A program made the translations under genes and the position numbers. From assembly GCF_009914755.1 (NCBI RefSeq), contig NC_060938.1: a stretch of 64,000 bases of DNA, one strand, 5' to 3'. A model generated the notes under the pieces. The model had not been told where the DNA came from, did no database searches, and was given only the letters and a program-made list of their open reading frames with translations. This document shows, piece by piece, positions 41,676-54,474 of this stretch (within the stretch, counting starts at the first letter, position 1; each line of letters begins with the position of its first letter). This stretch comes from the human T2T-CHM13v2.0 reference genome, Homo sapiens.

Positions 41676-41954
41676 GTGAGTATATTCAGCGTCTTCATGG
41701 CAGGGGAGAGGGTGTATTAATCCGTCTATGTCCGCTGGAAAGGCAGTCTCTGAGCGGGCCACAAGGGTTCAGCCATGGCCCATCCAATAACCTTTTTGAT
41801 GACTTGGATGAAGAGACAAACATTCCAACCACATTCAAAGATCCAGACCTCCAAAGTGTGGCTCATTTGGTAGATAATGGAATTATATTTGGAAAGCATT
41901 TCCCGCAGCTGGGATGATGGGTCAAAAACAGATAGCATTTTACCAGATCATATT

Positions 41955-41986
<32 letters not shown>

Positions 41987-41999
41987 TGTGTGTGTGTGT
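41955..41999. repeat. Compound (TG)n(CG)3(TG)n microsatellite
   Basis: Directly visible. Confidence 0.95.
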
Positions 42000-43206
42000 T
42001 TTAAATTCAGTTTCCCAACTACAGGATGGCATTTGTAGCCTTTCCTAAAAATCAAGTTTAAAAAAAAAAAATTTCTTGGGTTGTAATTGACGATAAGCTT
42101 AGTGTAAGCAAATGCAGAATGCAGCTGCTTTCCAAAGGGCAGCTTTAGGCTATATAACAAAAGTGGGAAAGGAAAAGTGTTCCATTGCTTTTTGTTGCTC
42201 TAAGCAATATTAAGTCTTGGTTCTAAGCCCCCACATTATCAGGAACTTTAACATCTAGAGACAATTGAGAGAGAAGAGCTAGAGAGAGAAAGTGACCCTG
42301 GAAGCCACGTCGGAAGAGGCTGGAGTAAAAATGTCTAGCCCCCCAGCAGACTTGATGGCCACCGTGAGCTCTTTGCATTTGTCTTCAAGAGTGGACACTT
42401 CCGGGTTGCTCCAGAGAGCAAGGCTAGAACAAATGGCTAGAAGATAGATAGGTAGATACTAAAAATATTCTAACAATAACAGAATATTCCAACAATAGAC
42501 TATGTCCCCTCAAAGGGCAACGAGCTCCATGTCTAGCCGTTTAGAAGCTGAATGGCCAAGGATAGTGCAGAGTAGGTTTCTACACCAGATCCCATGATCT
42601 TTTGCAACTGGAATTCTATGCTGCCCCAAATACTTGTTAAATGGATCCGACTGCATTTCATTCTGTGGTTTATAAATAAGTCCTGGAAAAGGAGAATGAA
42701 TTATAAGGAAGGAGTTTGCTGAGATTGGAGGAGAGGGATCTGAAAGACTCAGGACTAGACTCCGCCTTGAGGGAGAAAAAGCCACAAGATGACACACTCA
42801 AAGCAAGGGAAACCGTCAGGAAGTGGAATTACTGCCCTTCACATGTCATCCTTGCCTTCTTTTCTGTTTTTTGTTTTTTTTTTTGGCATTTGCTGCCGCA
42901 GCAGCTGAGCTCTGGGCAACAGGGCTCTCTCTCCCGAATGTCTGAAAGGAGGTCAGCAAGTGGAGGACACAGGCGCCCACTGGCACAGGGCATTGGCAAC
43001 CATCGTGCAGTGAGCCCCAGCACAGCCAGGGTGGCCATGTGCGTGGGGCGTCCTGGCCCAAGGTTGAAGAAAACTCATCCTGTCATAGTTCCCATCCGGA
43101 AAGGGTGTTTTGTTGAAAGCAAAAAGGATCATAAAGTCATTTGCCTTTTACCCAATGCCAGTTCCAGATTCCAGGTAAATGAGCTAACATCAAAAACACC
43201 TCAGCC

Positions 43207-43503
43207 GGCTGGGCGTGGTGGCTCACATCTGTAATCCGAGCACTTTGGGAGGCCGAGACAGGCAGATCACCTGAGGTCAGGCGTTCAAGACCAGCCTGGT
43301 CAACGTGGTGAAACCCCGTCTCTACTAAAAATACAAAAATGAGCCAGGTGTGGTGGCACATGCCTATAATCCCAGCTACTCGGGAGGCTGAGGCAGGAGG
43401 ATCACTAGAACAAGGGAGGCGGAGGTTGCAGTGAGCCAAGCTTGCACCACCTCACTCCAGCCTGGGCGACAGAGCAAAACTCCATCCCCATCCCACAAAA
43501 AAC
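43207..43503 (+). mobile_element. AluSx-like
   Basis: Full dimer with degenerate tail. Confidence 0.92.
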
Positions 43504-44336
43504 CCCCCAGAGACCTCGGACTGAGGAGAAACTATGCCCCCACCCTGGCTTCCCTCCTCTAGGGCCCTGCCAGGGGGACTTGTCCTCAGCCCAGCTCAGG
43601 GAAAGGGAAGGGTTCCCATGTCACATTCTTTCCAGCTGTCCTAAGAACCACCCCGATTGCCGATGACACTCCCTCCTCTCTTGGGCTTCACCAGGGCTGC
43701 TTTCAACTCATCGTGGGATTGTGTAATTATGGTGATTACAGCTTGTGACTTTTTTCCTCTCCATCTTTTGCTTTCAAATTCTTTGAGGCCTCTCATTAAA
43801 CATGGCGATCCCGGTAAAGTCAGCAAAGTTTTAATAAGACACTTTTTACAGCTAAAGAAAGCCCAGTCAGGGTTGATTGCTACTATGTTCTCTCAGATAC
43901 TCCATTAAAACTCTATCAGGTGCAGTTGGTGCCTAGGTATAAGAGGTGGGGGAGAGGGAAGGCAGGGAGGCAGAGGGCACCTGTACTTAGTGACAGGGCT
44001 GGAGAACCATTCCACACCATGCCCCTGGCTTTTTTTGTTTGCACTAAGCACCAAGTACATCTGAGCCCCCGTGCCTAACAGGAAAAGACAGACTGTCAAG
44101 CAAGGACCGAAAGCCTGGCCTTAACATCATAGCACATTACACTGGGAAATGGAGATGGAGCATCCAAGACAACACTTAACCCAACCTTGTAATCTTCTGC
44201 AGCAAAAGTGGTGGGGGAATTCTGATACGTGCTCTGTCCTGGTTAATACTAGAAGGTTCTGAGGCATCCATAATTCTAAATAATTAAAGGAGTCAATCAA
44301 TCACTAGCCTTTGTGAGTCATCAATCACAATCCGGT

Positions 44337-44377
44337 GGTTTTACACCTGATGGAGGTTTTACACCTGATGGAGGTTT
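44337..44377. repeat. Perfect 18-bp tandem duplication (GGTTTTACACCTGATGGA x2.3)
   Basis: Directly visible. Confidence 0.95.
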
Positions 44378-44417
44378 CCTTGGTAGTGATTCAGCTTCAC
44401 ATCTCATTCTTGGCTAA

Positions 44418-44770
<353 letters not shown>

Positions 44771-45419
44771 CATAGCTTTCTTGAATAGTTATCATAGCTG
44801 TAGGACATCATGAGAAGGACCATCAAGGAGTGTGGCTTGTGTGTGTGAGCCCCGTGACCCACCCTTCAGCAGGTTCATCCAGGTTCCCCTCATTTCTATA
44901 TTCCCTGGGGACTACACAGATGCCCGCACAGTGAAGTGCATCTTGCTCCAGCAGGACTGTGTTTCTGAGAGGTCCCTGATTGGCTGCTCGTGGCTGACCG
45001 TCCCATACCAACCAGACTGCCTTTTACCCTGCAGGTAGCCAGTTACCTCACTACCTGTGTCTCAAAAGAGCAAGGAGCTGGATTGTGACTGAGCAGCACC
45101 AACCACCTGGAGTTAAATGTCAAAAACGTGGCAGGGACATTTCCCCCAACTGCATTCCCATCCACTACTGAAGGTGGCCTGCTCGTGTGACCCCTTGAGA
45201 ACAACGGTCCCTTTAGTACCCACCAGAATGCAGAGAAGTAAGCTAAGTTCGAGACAGGCAACCCCAGCTGAATCCCTTTTTCTCCACCTGATATTATGTG
45301 ACCCTGGGCAAGTCACTTGCATGTCTGACAGGTACAACAAAGCCCACTGCACAGGGTAGATGTTGGCATTCAATGAGGATGTGATCACAAGAGCTGCCAT
45401 TTATTGGGAGCTCACACTC

Positions 45420-45630
45420 ACAGTGTTGGACTGTGTCATGCTGGCTTTGCCTGGGATGGACTTTGGTTCTACTTCAGCTCCATCACTTAGTTGTTTGAAT
45501 TGCACAGCTTCTCTAAGCCTCAGTTTCCTCATCCATAAAAGGGAGATAAGAGTAAATAAGTAGGAATAAAATGCATAACGTCCTTAGCACACTGTGTGCA
45601 GTGCGTGTGCTTAACAGGTGTAGCTCTTAG
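45420..45630 (+). mobile_element. MIR SINE
   Basis: ctctaagcctcagtttcctcatccataaaaggg core. Confidence 0.65.
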
Positions 45631-48600
45631 AATCAGTTTCATCATTATGATATTATTTGCAGCTCATACTTAGGCTGCGCTTATTACCTTATTTAATTTC
45701 CAACAATATTCTGCAAGATAGGCATCATTATATACATCTTGTGGTTGAGGGTGGGTACGTGGGTATCTCCTATATGACAGTCTGCACAAGGTGCATGTAT
45801 TACAGAGATCAGCTCATGGTAACTACTCAATAAATGGCAGCTATGATTGTTGGCTTATTTTTAAAGTCAACTCAGAGAGTTAGTTTTTCTGCATTTCCTG
45901 GAAATGAAGGGACTGTGGTGCCCAGCAGGCCAGCTTCTGTTCTATGGTCGATTTCCTGGGGCCCCTAAGCACTTCCCGGGAAGCTGTGGGAACTGGGGGG
46001 CTTGTCAGCCTGTAAGGTGCTGGGAGGTGGGGAGGGCCACCAGGCAAATGGTGCACGTGTTGTGGGGATCTGGCATTTGGCCGCCTACTGAGTTGAAGGA
46101 CTCGAAGGTGCCTCCTGCTACCAGAGACAGATAAGGAATGGGTCTACCCAAGATAAGAAGATGAAATCCACTCCTCCAAATGTAGCCCTCCATGTGACAG
46201 AAACACTCACCTCTCAGCTGTCTGCTTGCCTGGAGCCACCCTGAGCAATGCAACCTCAACAAGTCCAGTTGCTCCGTCAGTCCAATAAACAGAGGTTTCT
46301 CTTTTTTAACCACTTATTCCAAAGCGAGGTAGTGGAGGAGTCAGAAGCACGTGGCAGGGGATGCTTTGAAATTCCTTGATAAACCGGACCCCTGGGGTGG
46401 GCACTCCTACTGCCTATAGTACCGACAGAAACAGAAGTGGAGAAGTTGTTTATTTCCAATGAGGTCAATAAATGCCTTTTTCATGGGGGAGAATTCCATT
46501 TTTATATATGTATTTTAAGGTGAATGCTTTAAGTTTGCAGTATTTGTCAGAGTGGCATCTTAGGAGCTGATAGAAAACTCTACAGCCAAACAAGCGATTG
46601 CCTGTGCACCTTGCATGAGATGCTTCTGTAAGTGCCTGTGGTCTCAACATGCACATGAACGCATGCACTGGTGTATGCACATGTGCACAGGTGTATACAC
46701 AGGTGCATGTGCCGCCTGCCTGATGTTCGCCTCTGTGTTCAGTGTATGGTGTGCATATAACCATAAGCTGCAAACCTGCAAGTATCTCTGTTGCATGGAT
46801 TGCATGCCCTCTGCAGCTGTGTGTGTGTCTGGGCAGGGGCTCCTCTAAAGCCACAGGTCTTCACAGTTTCAGCTGGATAAGTTATTCTTCACTTCCCTTC
46901 CTAAAAACACAATTGCCTAGTGCTGCTGGCGCAGAGTCAGAATGGCCGCTGCATTTCACCCCCGAGGTGGCTTCCTTCCAGCAGTGGGTGAGTGATCCCG
47001 GCGTTCGCACACTCTCTAATCTGTGGAATCCTTCTGCACAGAAGGTGTTCCAAAATCCAAAAGAGATGATCTGTTTGTCCATGGCATCGTCTCTGCCCAC
47101 CACTCCTGTTCTCATGCCCTGGTTCCAGGGACAGTCGGCAGCACCCATTTCTTGGTGTCTCTGTTTTTTCTGCCCATTTTTTGTACCCATAGTTTTTCTC
47201 TCCTAAGAAACAAGGAGCTGAGGGGTCCAGAAATGATGCTGAGATGAGTCCCTTGTCCCAGAGGCAATGTGCAGATAACATCCTTAGATATTGACCCAGT
47301 AACTCTCTTCTCCTAGTCCCATTCCCTAGCAGAACAGGGAATACCCACTACCTTTGAAGATGCTTCTAAATCCAATAACAGCATCCTTAGGCTTCATTTC
47401 CTGGTGAAAGCTTCCATAACTCTTCCTCTGTGGGCCCTGGGCCAAATCCTGCAGGAAACGTAGCAATCTCACATTTCTACACACTACACCATCAGGGGAG
47501 AAAAAAGCTGGGAAACCGCCCATCCTCTGTCCCATGGGGACCAAAAGCATCTCAGCAGCACGTGAAAAGAGCCTGTAGGGAAATAAGGTTCTCTGTAGCT
47601 AAGAGTTCCAATGACCTAAGTTTCTGTCCAGGTATCTCCTGAAAACGCTGCTTAGTCTGTTCCCTGGTGTACTTCCTCCGGTTAGGAATCCATGTCTGAT
47701 AAGTGCCTGCTAAATTGCATTCCTGATAGTGGGGAAGAAAGAAATGAGCCGGCCCTCTTTGCATATGCATCCAAATGGGCATGGACATTCACTGAATTGT
47801 TATGCTTTTGTGGGGGGATGAGAGGTCAGCAATTCTAGGCTCCGCCTTTTCAGCTGGCTAAACCAAGGACCCCAAGAAATGTACGTGTTTTGGGTGAACA
47901 CATTTGCAAGAGATAAGTGTCCTCAGGAGGATGGGGTCAGAGTCCTCATAGGTCCTCAGGAGAATCACATACTGCCAACCAAATAACTTTCTCTTGCCGC
48001 TTTGTCCACAATATCAAGTAACTAAATTCCAGCTTCACTGTCTCCCGTAGTCATAGTCAAGGGTTACTTGAATTTCCTAGTTGGAAAAAAGTAGCATCAA
48101 CTTGTTGCCAATAGCAACACAGCCATGTCCCTGTTTCCTAGAGCCTTTTGGTCTTTGCCTAATTTGGAGTGAACCAGAGCTTAGATGCCAGAGTCCATTT
48201 GGGAAGGAGGAGGAGAAGAGGAACAGGCGGGCATTAAGTGGGTCACAGGAAGGCATGCCACCGAGAGGCCTTACAGGCAGAATGCCACCCTCATTCCACT
48301 CCTGAAGCCACCAAGAATTTCCTGCAAGCTGAGAGAAGAAAGAGCAACAGGGTTGTTCCGTCAGATGAGAGGAGGGAGAGAAGAGAGAGCTGGTGTGAAA
48401 AGGGGGCATTTCCACCACACAGGGATGCAGAGTAGCAGGGAAAATGGAGATGCACAACTTGGACGCGAGACCGGGGAGTCTGGACCTGGCATTCTGCCAC
48501 TCATGTAGGGCTCAGCTGCTGAGTCCTTGTCTCTCCCACCATCCCTACCCAGCTCCGGATTTGTCCCTGCACAGCTGGGGGGCCATGGAGAAAGGTCCCC

Positions 48601-49767
48601 CATCACTCAGCAAAACTGACAGGCAGAAGAAAGTGATGAGCATGGTGAGGCCAGGGTCAGAGATGCCAGGAACACCAGCAGGGAGGGCTTCCTCCACCTG
48701 GCTGGGCACCCCGAATTAGGCACTTGGCCTAGAATGATTTAAAGTGGGGTTGGTTTTCATTAGAGTAAGGCCACCCTGCCTGCCCCACCTTAGAAAGGGA
48801 AACATCACACCTGCTCCTGTCCTCCCTGGGGCATTTGCCATGTGTGTTCCTAGAGGCATCAGCATCAGTAACACAGGGCCACAAACAGAACGGTGGGTTC
48901 ACCCAGCCTGTCCAGCAGCTACCACCTGAAATCTACATGCACCAAGCCATGGTGACCTGCACCCCAGCTCAATGCAGTAACCAAAAGCCCCTTTTGCCAG
49001 GCTTGTCAGCCAGCAGATGGCACCTCCTTTCTCTCAGGATTTCCAAATGGGATGAGGGGAAGCCGCTTCGCAGCATAGAACCTGCCTGAGATAAGCTCAA
49101 GCATGCTCAAGAACTTAAGTTCTTTTCTCAGGGAAGTTGAGAAAATCACCCTGCATTGCCCAGAGAGGTTGCCCAGTACGGGTTGGGCACAGGGGACTCC
49201 TTCATCCCTGAGTGTTTCCATCTGCCTCCTTCCTTGAGAGTGACAGCCATGTGCAAAGTAAGAGGGGCATGGGTCGTGAAGGCCGACCAACTCAGCTTTG
49301 CCACTGACTAGCCATGCACTCCCAGGCAAGTTACTCAAACTCCGTTTGAGTCTGTTTCCTTGTTCGTTTAGTGGAGTTTATAGAAATGCCTAACTGGCAA
49401 GCATGTTGTGGACATAAGTAAGTGCGGGTGCTTGTAAAATGCCTCGCATGCTTGACAGACACACAATAGTTGCTCAATGGTCCATCAGCAGGTGGCTGTT
49501 TGTTAGTAACTGTCCTCACAGCTACCTGTGTACCTAGTGGGGGACCATTCCCACCATGCCACTGTCAAGGCCTGAGTGATTTGAAGAACAAGGCACTTGA
49601 GGAGAGAGGGTCCATGAGCTACCCGTGCCATTCCATCAAACAGGCCCATGGGAGATCAGGGGATAGGTGGGTCCTTTTACATTTAATCCAGATAGGAGAA
49701 CTGGCAACTCTTCTTTTGTAGATTCAAAAACTTTTTAAAATATTTTAAAGCACTGGTAGTTGCCAAT

Positions 49768-50126
49768 TATATTAGTCCATTTTCACAATGCTATAAAGAA
49801 ATACCTGAGACTGGGTAATTTCTAATGAAAAGAGGTTTAATTGACTCACAGTTCCACATGGCTGGGGAAGCCTCAGGAAACTTACAATCATGGTGGAAAG
49901 GGAAGCAGTCTTACTTGGCAGCAGGCAAGAGAGAGCGAGTGTGTATTAACACTTAAAAAACCATCGGATCTCATGAGAACTCACTCCCTATCACGAGAAT
50001 AGCATGGGGGAAACCACCCCCATGATCCAATCACCTCCCACTAGTTCCCGCTCTCAACACATGGGGATTATAGGGATTACAATTCGAAGTGAGATTTGGG
50101 TTCAGACCCAGAGCCAAACCATATCA
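49768..50126 (-). mobile_element. THE1D/MSTA-like MaLR solo LTR
   Basis: tatattagtcc...gagactgggtaattt...gaggtttaattgactcacagttccacatggctgggga...gccaaaccatatca. Perfect 5-bp TSD CCAAT at 49763-49767 and 50127-50131. Confidence 0.9.
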
Positions 50127-51624
50127 CCAATACAGGATAGAGTAAGGTGTCTGAGCCTACTAGTGGTCCCAGTGACATTCTGTGGGAATTGCTTTCAGAA
50201 GACGTGACTGCTGGGTACCTCCTCCATCCCCAGTGTTTACCAGGCAGAGCCTGAGTGTTTACACCACACACAGCCTGAGTCTTTATACCACTGTACATGA
50301 GAAGGTAGGGGTCGGGGGGGCGGGGTGGGGGGTGCTGTTGCAAGAAAAAAAAATCCATTACGTTTATTTTGATCAAATTTATTATTTTTTAAACAGGTTC
50401 AGTTTTAAGTATTCATGAATGTACCATTTATTAATTCTTTAATCAGTGAACGTCTCTTTTTTGATTAATTCACTTTTCATCTATCCCTTGACTTTTTTAA
50501 AAAAATTGGGGTATTGTTTTATGTTTGTGATATAGCTTCCTATTTAAAAGGGGTCAAATAAAAAAATATTTTAAAACCACATAAAATGCCCTTAAGCCCC
50601 TGCGAGAGTTGAGGAAGGTTGCCAAGGCCCTACAAGTAACACAGACCCCAGGAATGGGTCAGCCACAGGCTCCCGCCCCTCCTCACTGCGGAAGGGTGAG
50701 AAAGACAGGAATGGCCTCTCTTCCTTCCCATGCTGCTCTGACCTACCTCTGTTGTGGAGGAACCATAACGGGTTCCATAGCCCGGTTTTTCCATTTCCTA
50801 TGCCCCACCTTGTTTCACAGAGTTGAGTTAATAGAGGGTGATAAGAAATAGAGAATTTAAAAAGTGTTTTGAAATTATTCTAGGTTAAGTGTGGATTTTC
50901 CCACCATCCCCTGCCAGCGTTTCTCCGACATCTCAGACTGCACTCTCTCTCCCCAGTTTTAGACATCATTGAGGAAGAAGATGCCACGGAATTCTTTGCA
51001 TTCCCTTTTAAAATCATTTCTTTTGCTTTGCTCAGTGGAGAAGGAGCACCAGGGGCAGCAACCTTCCGGGAGTCACCCGATGAAGTCAGGCAGGCCTTTG
51101 GCTTCTCCCATCCTGCTGAACCCAAGCCAGGATCCCCTACCTTTCCACCTGGCTCTTGGGCTCCTGACCCTTATCCTCAGCAAGTCTCCCCCAACCCCAC
51201 CCCAGGCCTCTAATTCCACACGTATACATCCTTTATGAACTTGAGCACCATCTATTCAAAGGTGACCTTCAGGCTCCTTGAGAGCACGACTCATCTCTCT
51301 CTGGGGCCTCCACTTCTTGCCTGCTAAGTTGCATGGTGAGCTGTATTCAACGAAACACGATTTTTCATGAGCAGGGATGGAAAATGCCTGTGTGTCACAC
51401 CAAAGGGATCCGTTTGCATCAATGGAGGCTAGAAATAGTGTTCCACATTAGTTCTGTTGCGAGTTCGAATTCCCCAACAGAGGAATCCAGGTTCCTCCTG
51501 TACTGGAGGGGGAAGCATTGAATTTCTCCAAACCCAGGGATGGGCCCAGCAACTGAAGAAGGGTAAGGAGTGGGAAATTCCAAGGCATAGATGTCATAGC
51601 TGGGACTTTTTTTTGTCCTAATTT

Positions 51625-51820
51625 TTTTTTTCTTTTGAGATATAATTATGCACGGTAAAATGAACAGACCTGAAGTACATGGCTCAATGAATTTGACAAG
51701 TGTATGCACCCGTGTAACGTATACCCCATCACCCTAGAAGGCTCCTTCATGTCCCTTTCCAATCAATTTCATCCTTCTCCCCCAGGGGCAACCGTGGTTG
51801 ATTTCTTTCCCCCATAATAG
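51625..51820 (-). mobile_element. Old L1M fragment
   Basis: tgagatataatt...ctcaatgaatttgacaagtgtatgcacccgtgtaac...ccatcaccctagaaggctcc. Confidence 0.6.
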
Positions 51821-54425
51821 CCTGGATTTTGATTTGGCAGACTTGAGATCTGTAACTTCGGTCTTAGTTCATCTGAGCAGATCAGCAAAAGAATCTCATC
51901 AGAAGCTCAGATGTCTTTACTCTCTTAGCATTGAAAAAGATCCTCCCTGAGCCGCTAGTGCTTGGCTCTGCTGTCCCCCAGTATGCCCCAATCTGACCCC
52001 CAGGGCTACTCTCTGAGCCACAGCCCTCCTCCCAGCCAAAGAAAGAGTTTAGCATCAGTCTCCCAGGTAAGTAAGTGGCAAAAGCTCTTGGTAACCCAGA
52101 TAGTGCATGCTTTGTTGATTAATATGTGGAAGTGCAATGCACAGAGCCACAGCATGTCAAGCAGCATGTTGATTTTTCTCACTGCACAAAAGGGGGCTAT
52201 TCCTTTTGTGTGTTTCCTTTCAGAAAACAAAGGATTCCATGACCACCTTCTTCCAGGCTCCTAGCCATCAAGATGGCCACAGAGCTGAAATGATTAATCA
52301 GAGCGGAGGGTGGGAATTGAATGTGTGGGTGTTAGTGAACCCAGCACTGAGCCCATGGTCCATGAAATTGAAGGATCCCAAATTCTACTGGATTACACTT
52401 TGCCAAATGTCTCAAAGGTGAAAAGCACTTTGTCGGTATGCAAAGCTTTGGTGTCTCTGGAATGTACCTTCTGCAGCTCAGTTCTTAATCACTGTATATT
52501 TTTTCACTTGGACAAAGGCTGCCTGCTAATAGCATTTTCAACCATCCTCAGCTGCTTCGCTCAGCTACGCCAAGGCCTCGGGCTGAGCTGGCTGCGGTTT
52601 CCTGGCACCATGATCCATTCCCAACTGACCAACACTGAGGAACATTACACACTCACACCCTGAAAAAAACCTGCTTCCTCTGTAACTATGCAAATGCCAG
52701 ACACAGGCAGGCAGAATTACCATTCCCCTTCTGAAGTGGTTCCTTCAGGATCATCCAAACTGGAGACAGAGATGAGAGTAAAGAGACGGGGCAGTGCCCT
52801 GGAGGGTACAGGCAGGAGCTCCCCTCTCTCTGGGCACAGCGGATTCCTCGGGAGCTTCCTGCAAGCCTATAGGGGCATGCACTTTGGGGCAGCTCATCTC
52901 TGAACACAGGTAGCCTCTACTATCAGATTTCACTTTGATCACTGAAAACTACAGGAGTCTCAGCTCTTCAGAAGGGAAGCAGCTGCTGAGCAAGTGTGAT
53001 TGCAGTATTTCTTCCCCAAAGCCCCGGGCCAGGCATCTACCCATGCCCGCATCCTGCATGATTAACCGCCTTCCAGTCTGAGCCTGCCCTCACTCACGCG
53101 GGAGGTCACTGGGTAGCGAGTAGATTGCAGCTGGGCTGAGCTGCCTCTCAAGCCGACCTGAACCCTCATGACCTCCATCTTTAGCAGCAAGCTGGCATTT
53201 GGTAAATGCGCGAAAGCAGGAGTGGGGAGAGGGAGACAAAAATGCCAAGCAGCACCGCCTGGGTTGCTGAGAGGTTGGGAACAATCCCAAGGGTGGCCCC
53301 TAAGCTGGTCAGCTGCACCATCCTACCCTGAAATCCTGGGAAATAAAAGCAGTCGGGGGAAGCGAGGAGCGGGCAGTGACAGGCTGGCCACAGGTCCTTG
53401 GAGTCAGAGCGGTGAGGCTGAGCTCCAGGATTTAGTCAGGAAGAGAATAATTAGCACCTTCAAGCCCAGCCCAGCCCAGCCCATTCTGTAGAAAGGGGAA
53501 GGGTTGAGGGTATGGAAGCCTCAGGGCCAAATTCACCTAAAACAAATAGACACATAATCCTCCAGAAATAGAATCTCCAACCTCCCTCAACCCACAGTCC
53601 CCTCTCCAGCCAAAATAACCTTGTTAATAGGAATGAGGCTGCAGTGAAGGTTTGGGCAACTGGTAAACCTCACCTCCTTTGTCTCTGGGCTTTGAATGTA
53701 CTCATTGGCAACAGACTCTTATTCAGAAGCTTGAGTGATTTTTTTTTTCCCATCCACCAGCTAAATGAGAGCCCCAAACGCTGTGGATAGCAAACTCAGA
53801 ACATATATATTTGGGTACATAATGTGTGATTTGTGGCCCTGGCGAAGGAGGGATGGGAGGAGGAGGAGGACCTGATATTGGTGTGTGGTGGTTATCACAG
53901 CAATAAGTGGCACCTAAAAGGAGAGCAAACTTCCTTTGTGCCTTTCATAGGACAGGGATGGACATAGGTAACCGGGGGTAGGGGAGGTTTGTAAGAGCTC
54001 TCACACAAGGAGGCCCCTAGGCTCAGCAGCCCCGTGTTTCCCCAGCAAGGATGCCCCACACCCCCATGTTTCCTGCCTTCAGGCCTGCCCCAGGAAGGCA
54101 CATTCCCGAGTGACAAATGCCTCACACTCTATGTAAGAAAGGGCACTCAAGGAGAGTCACCGCTGGGTGTGTGCCACAGAACCCGGGGCTGGGGGGAGCC
54201 CTTGAAGGTCAGCCTCTGCCTTCTAAGAGCTATTGTTGTACCTAACCTGGTCTAGACAAAGGAGTAGTCATTCTTAGTGATTTTCAAAGACTGACACCAT
54301 AACCCTCTTGGATTTTTTAAAAATCTGATTAAAAACTCCTTAGCCAAGTATAAATGTATCCTGCTGCAGGCTAAGTTTAGTGCACTTGAAGATTCAGATA
54401 AGGTTGCTGATGGGGTGATTTTGTG

Positions 54426-54428
<3 letters not shown>

Positions 54429-54472
<44 letters not shown>
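54429..54472. repeat. (GT)~22 microsatellite
   Basis: Directly visible. Confidence 0.95.

Positions 54473-54474
<2 letters not shown>

Noticed and set aside
50248-50291. Imperfect 24-nt-period direct repeat (agcctgagtgtttacaccac / agcctgagtctttataccac)
   Set aside because: Two diverged copies only; an ordinary old local duplication.
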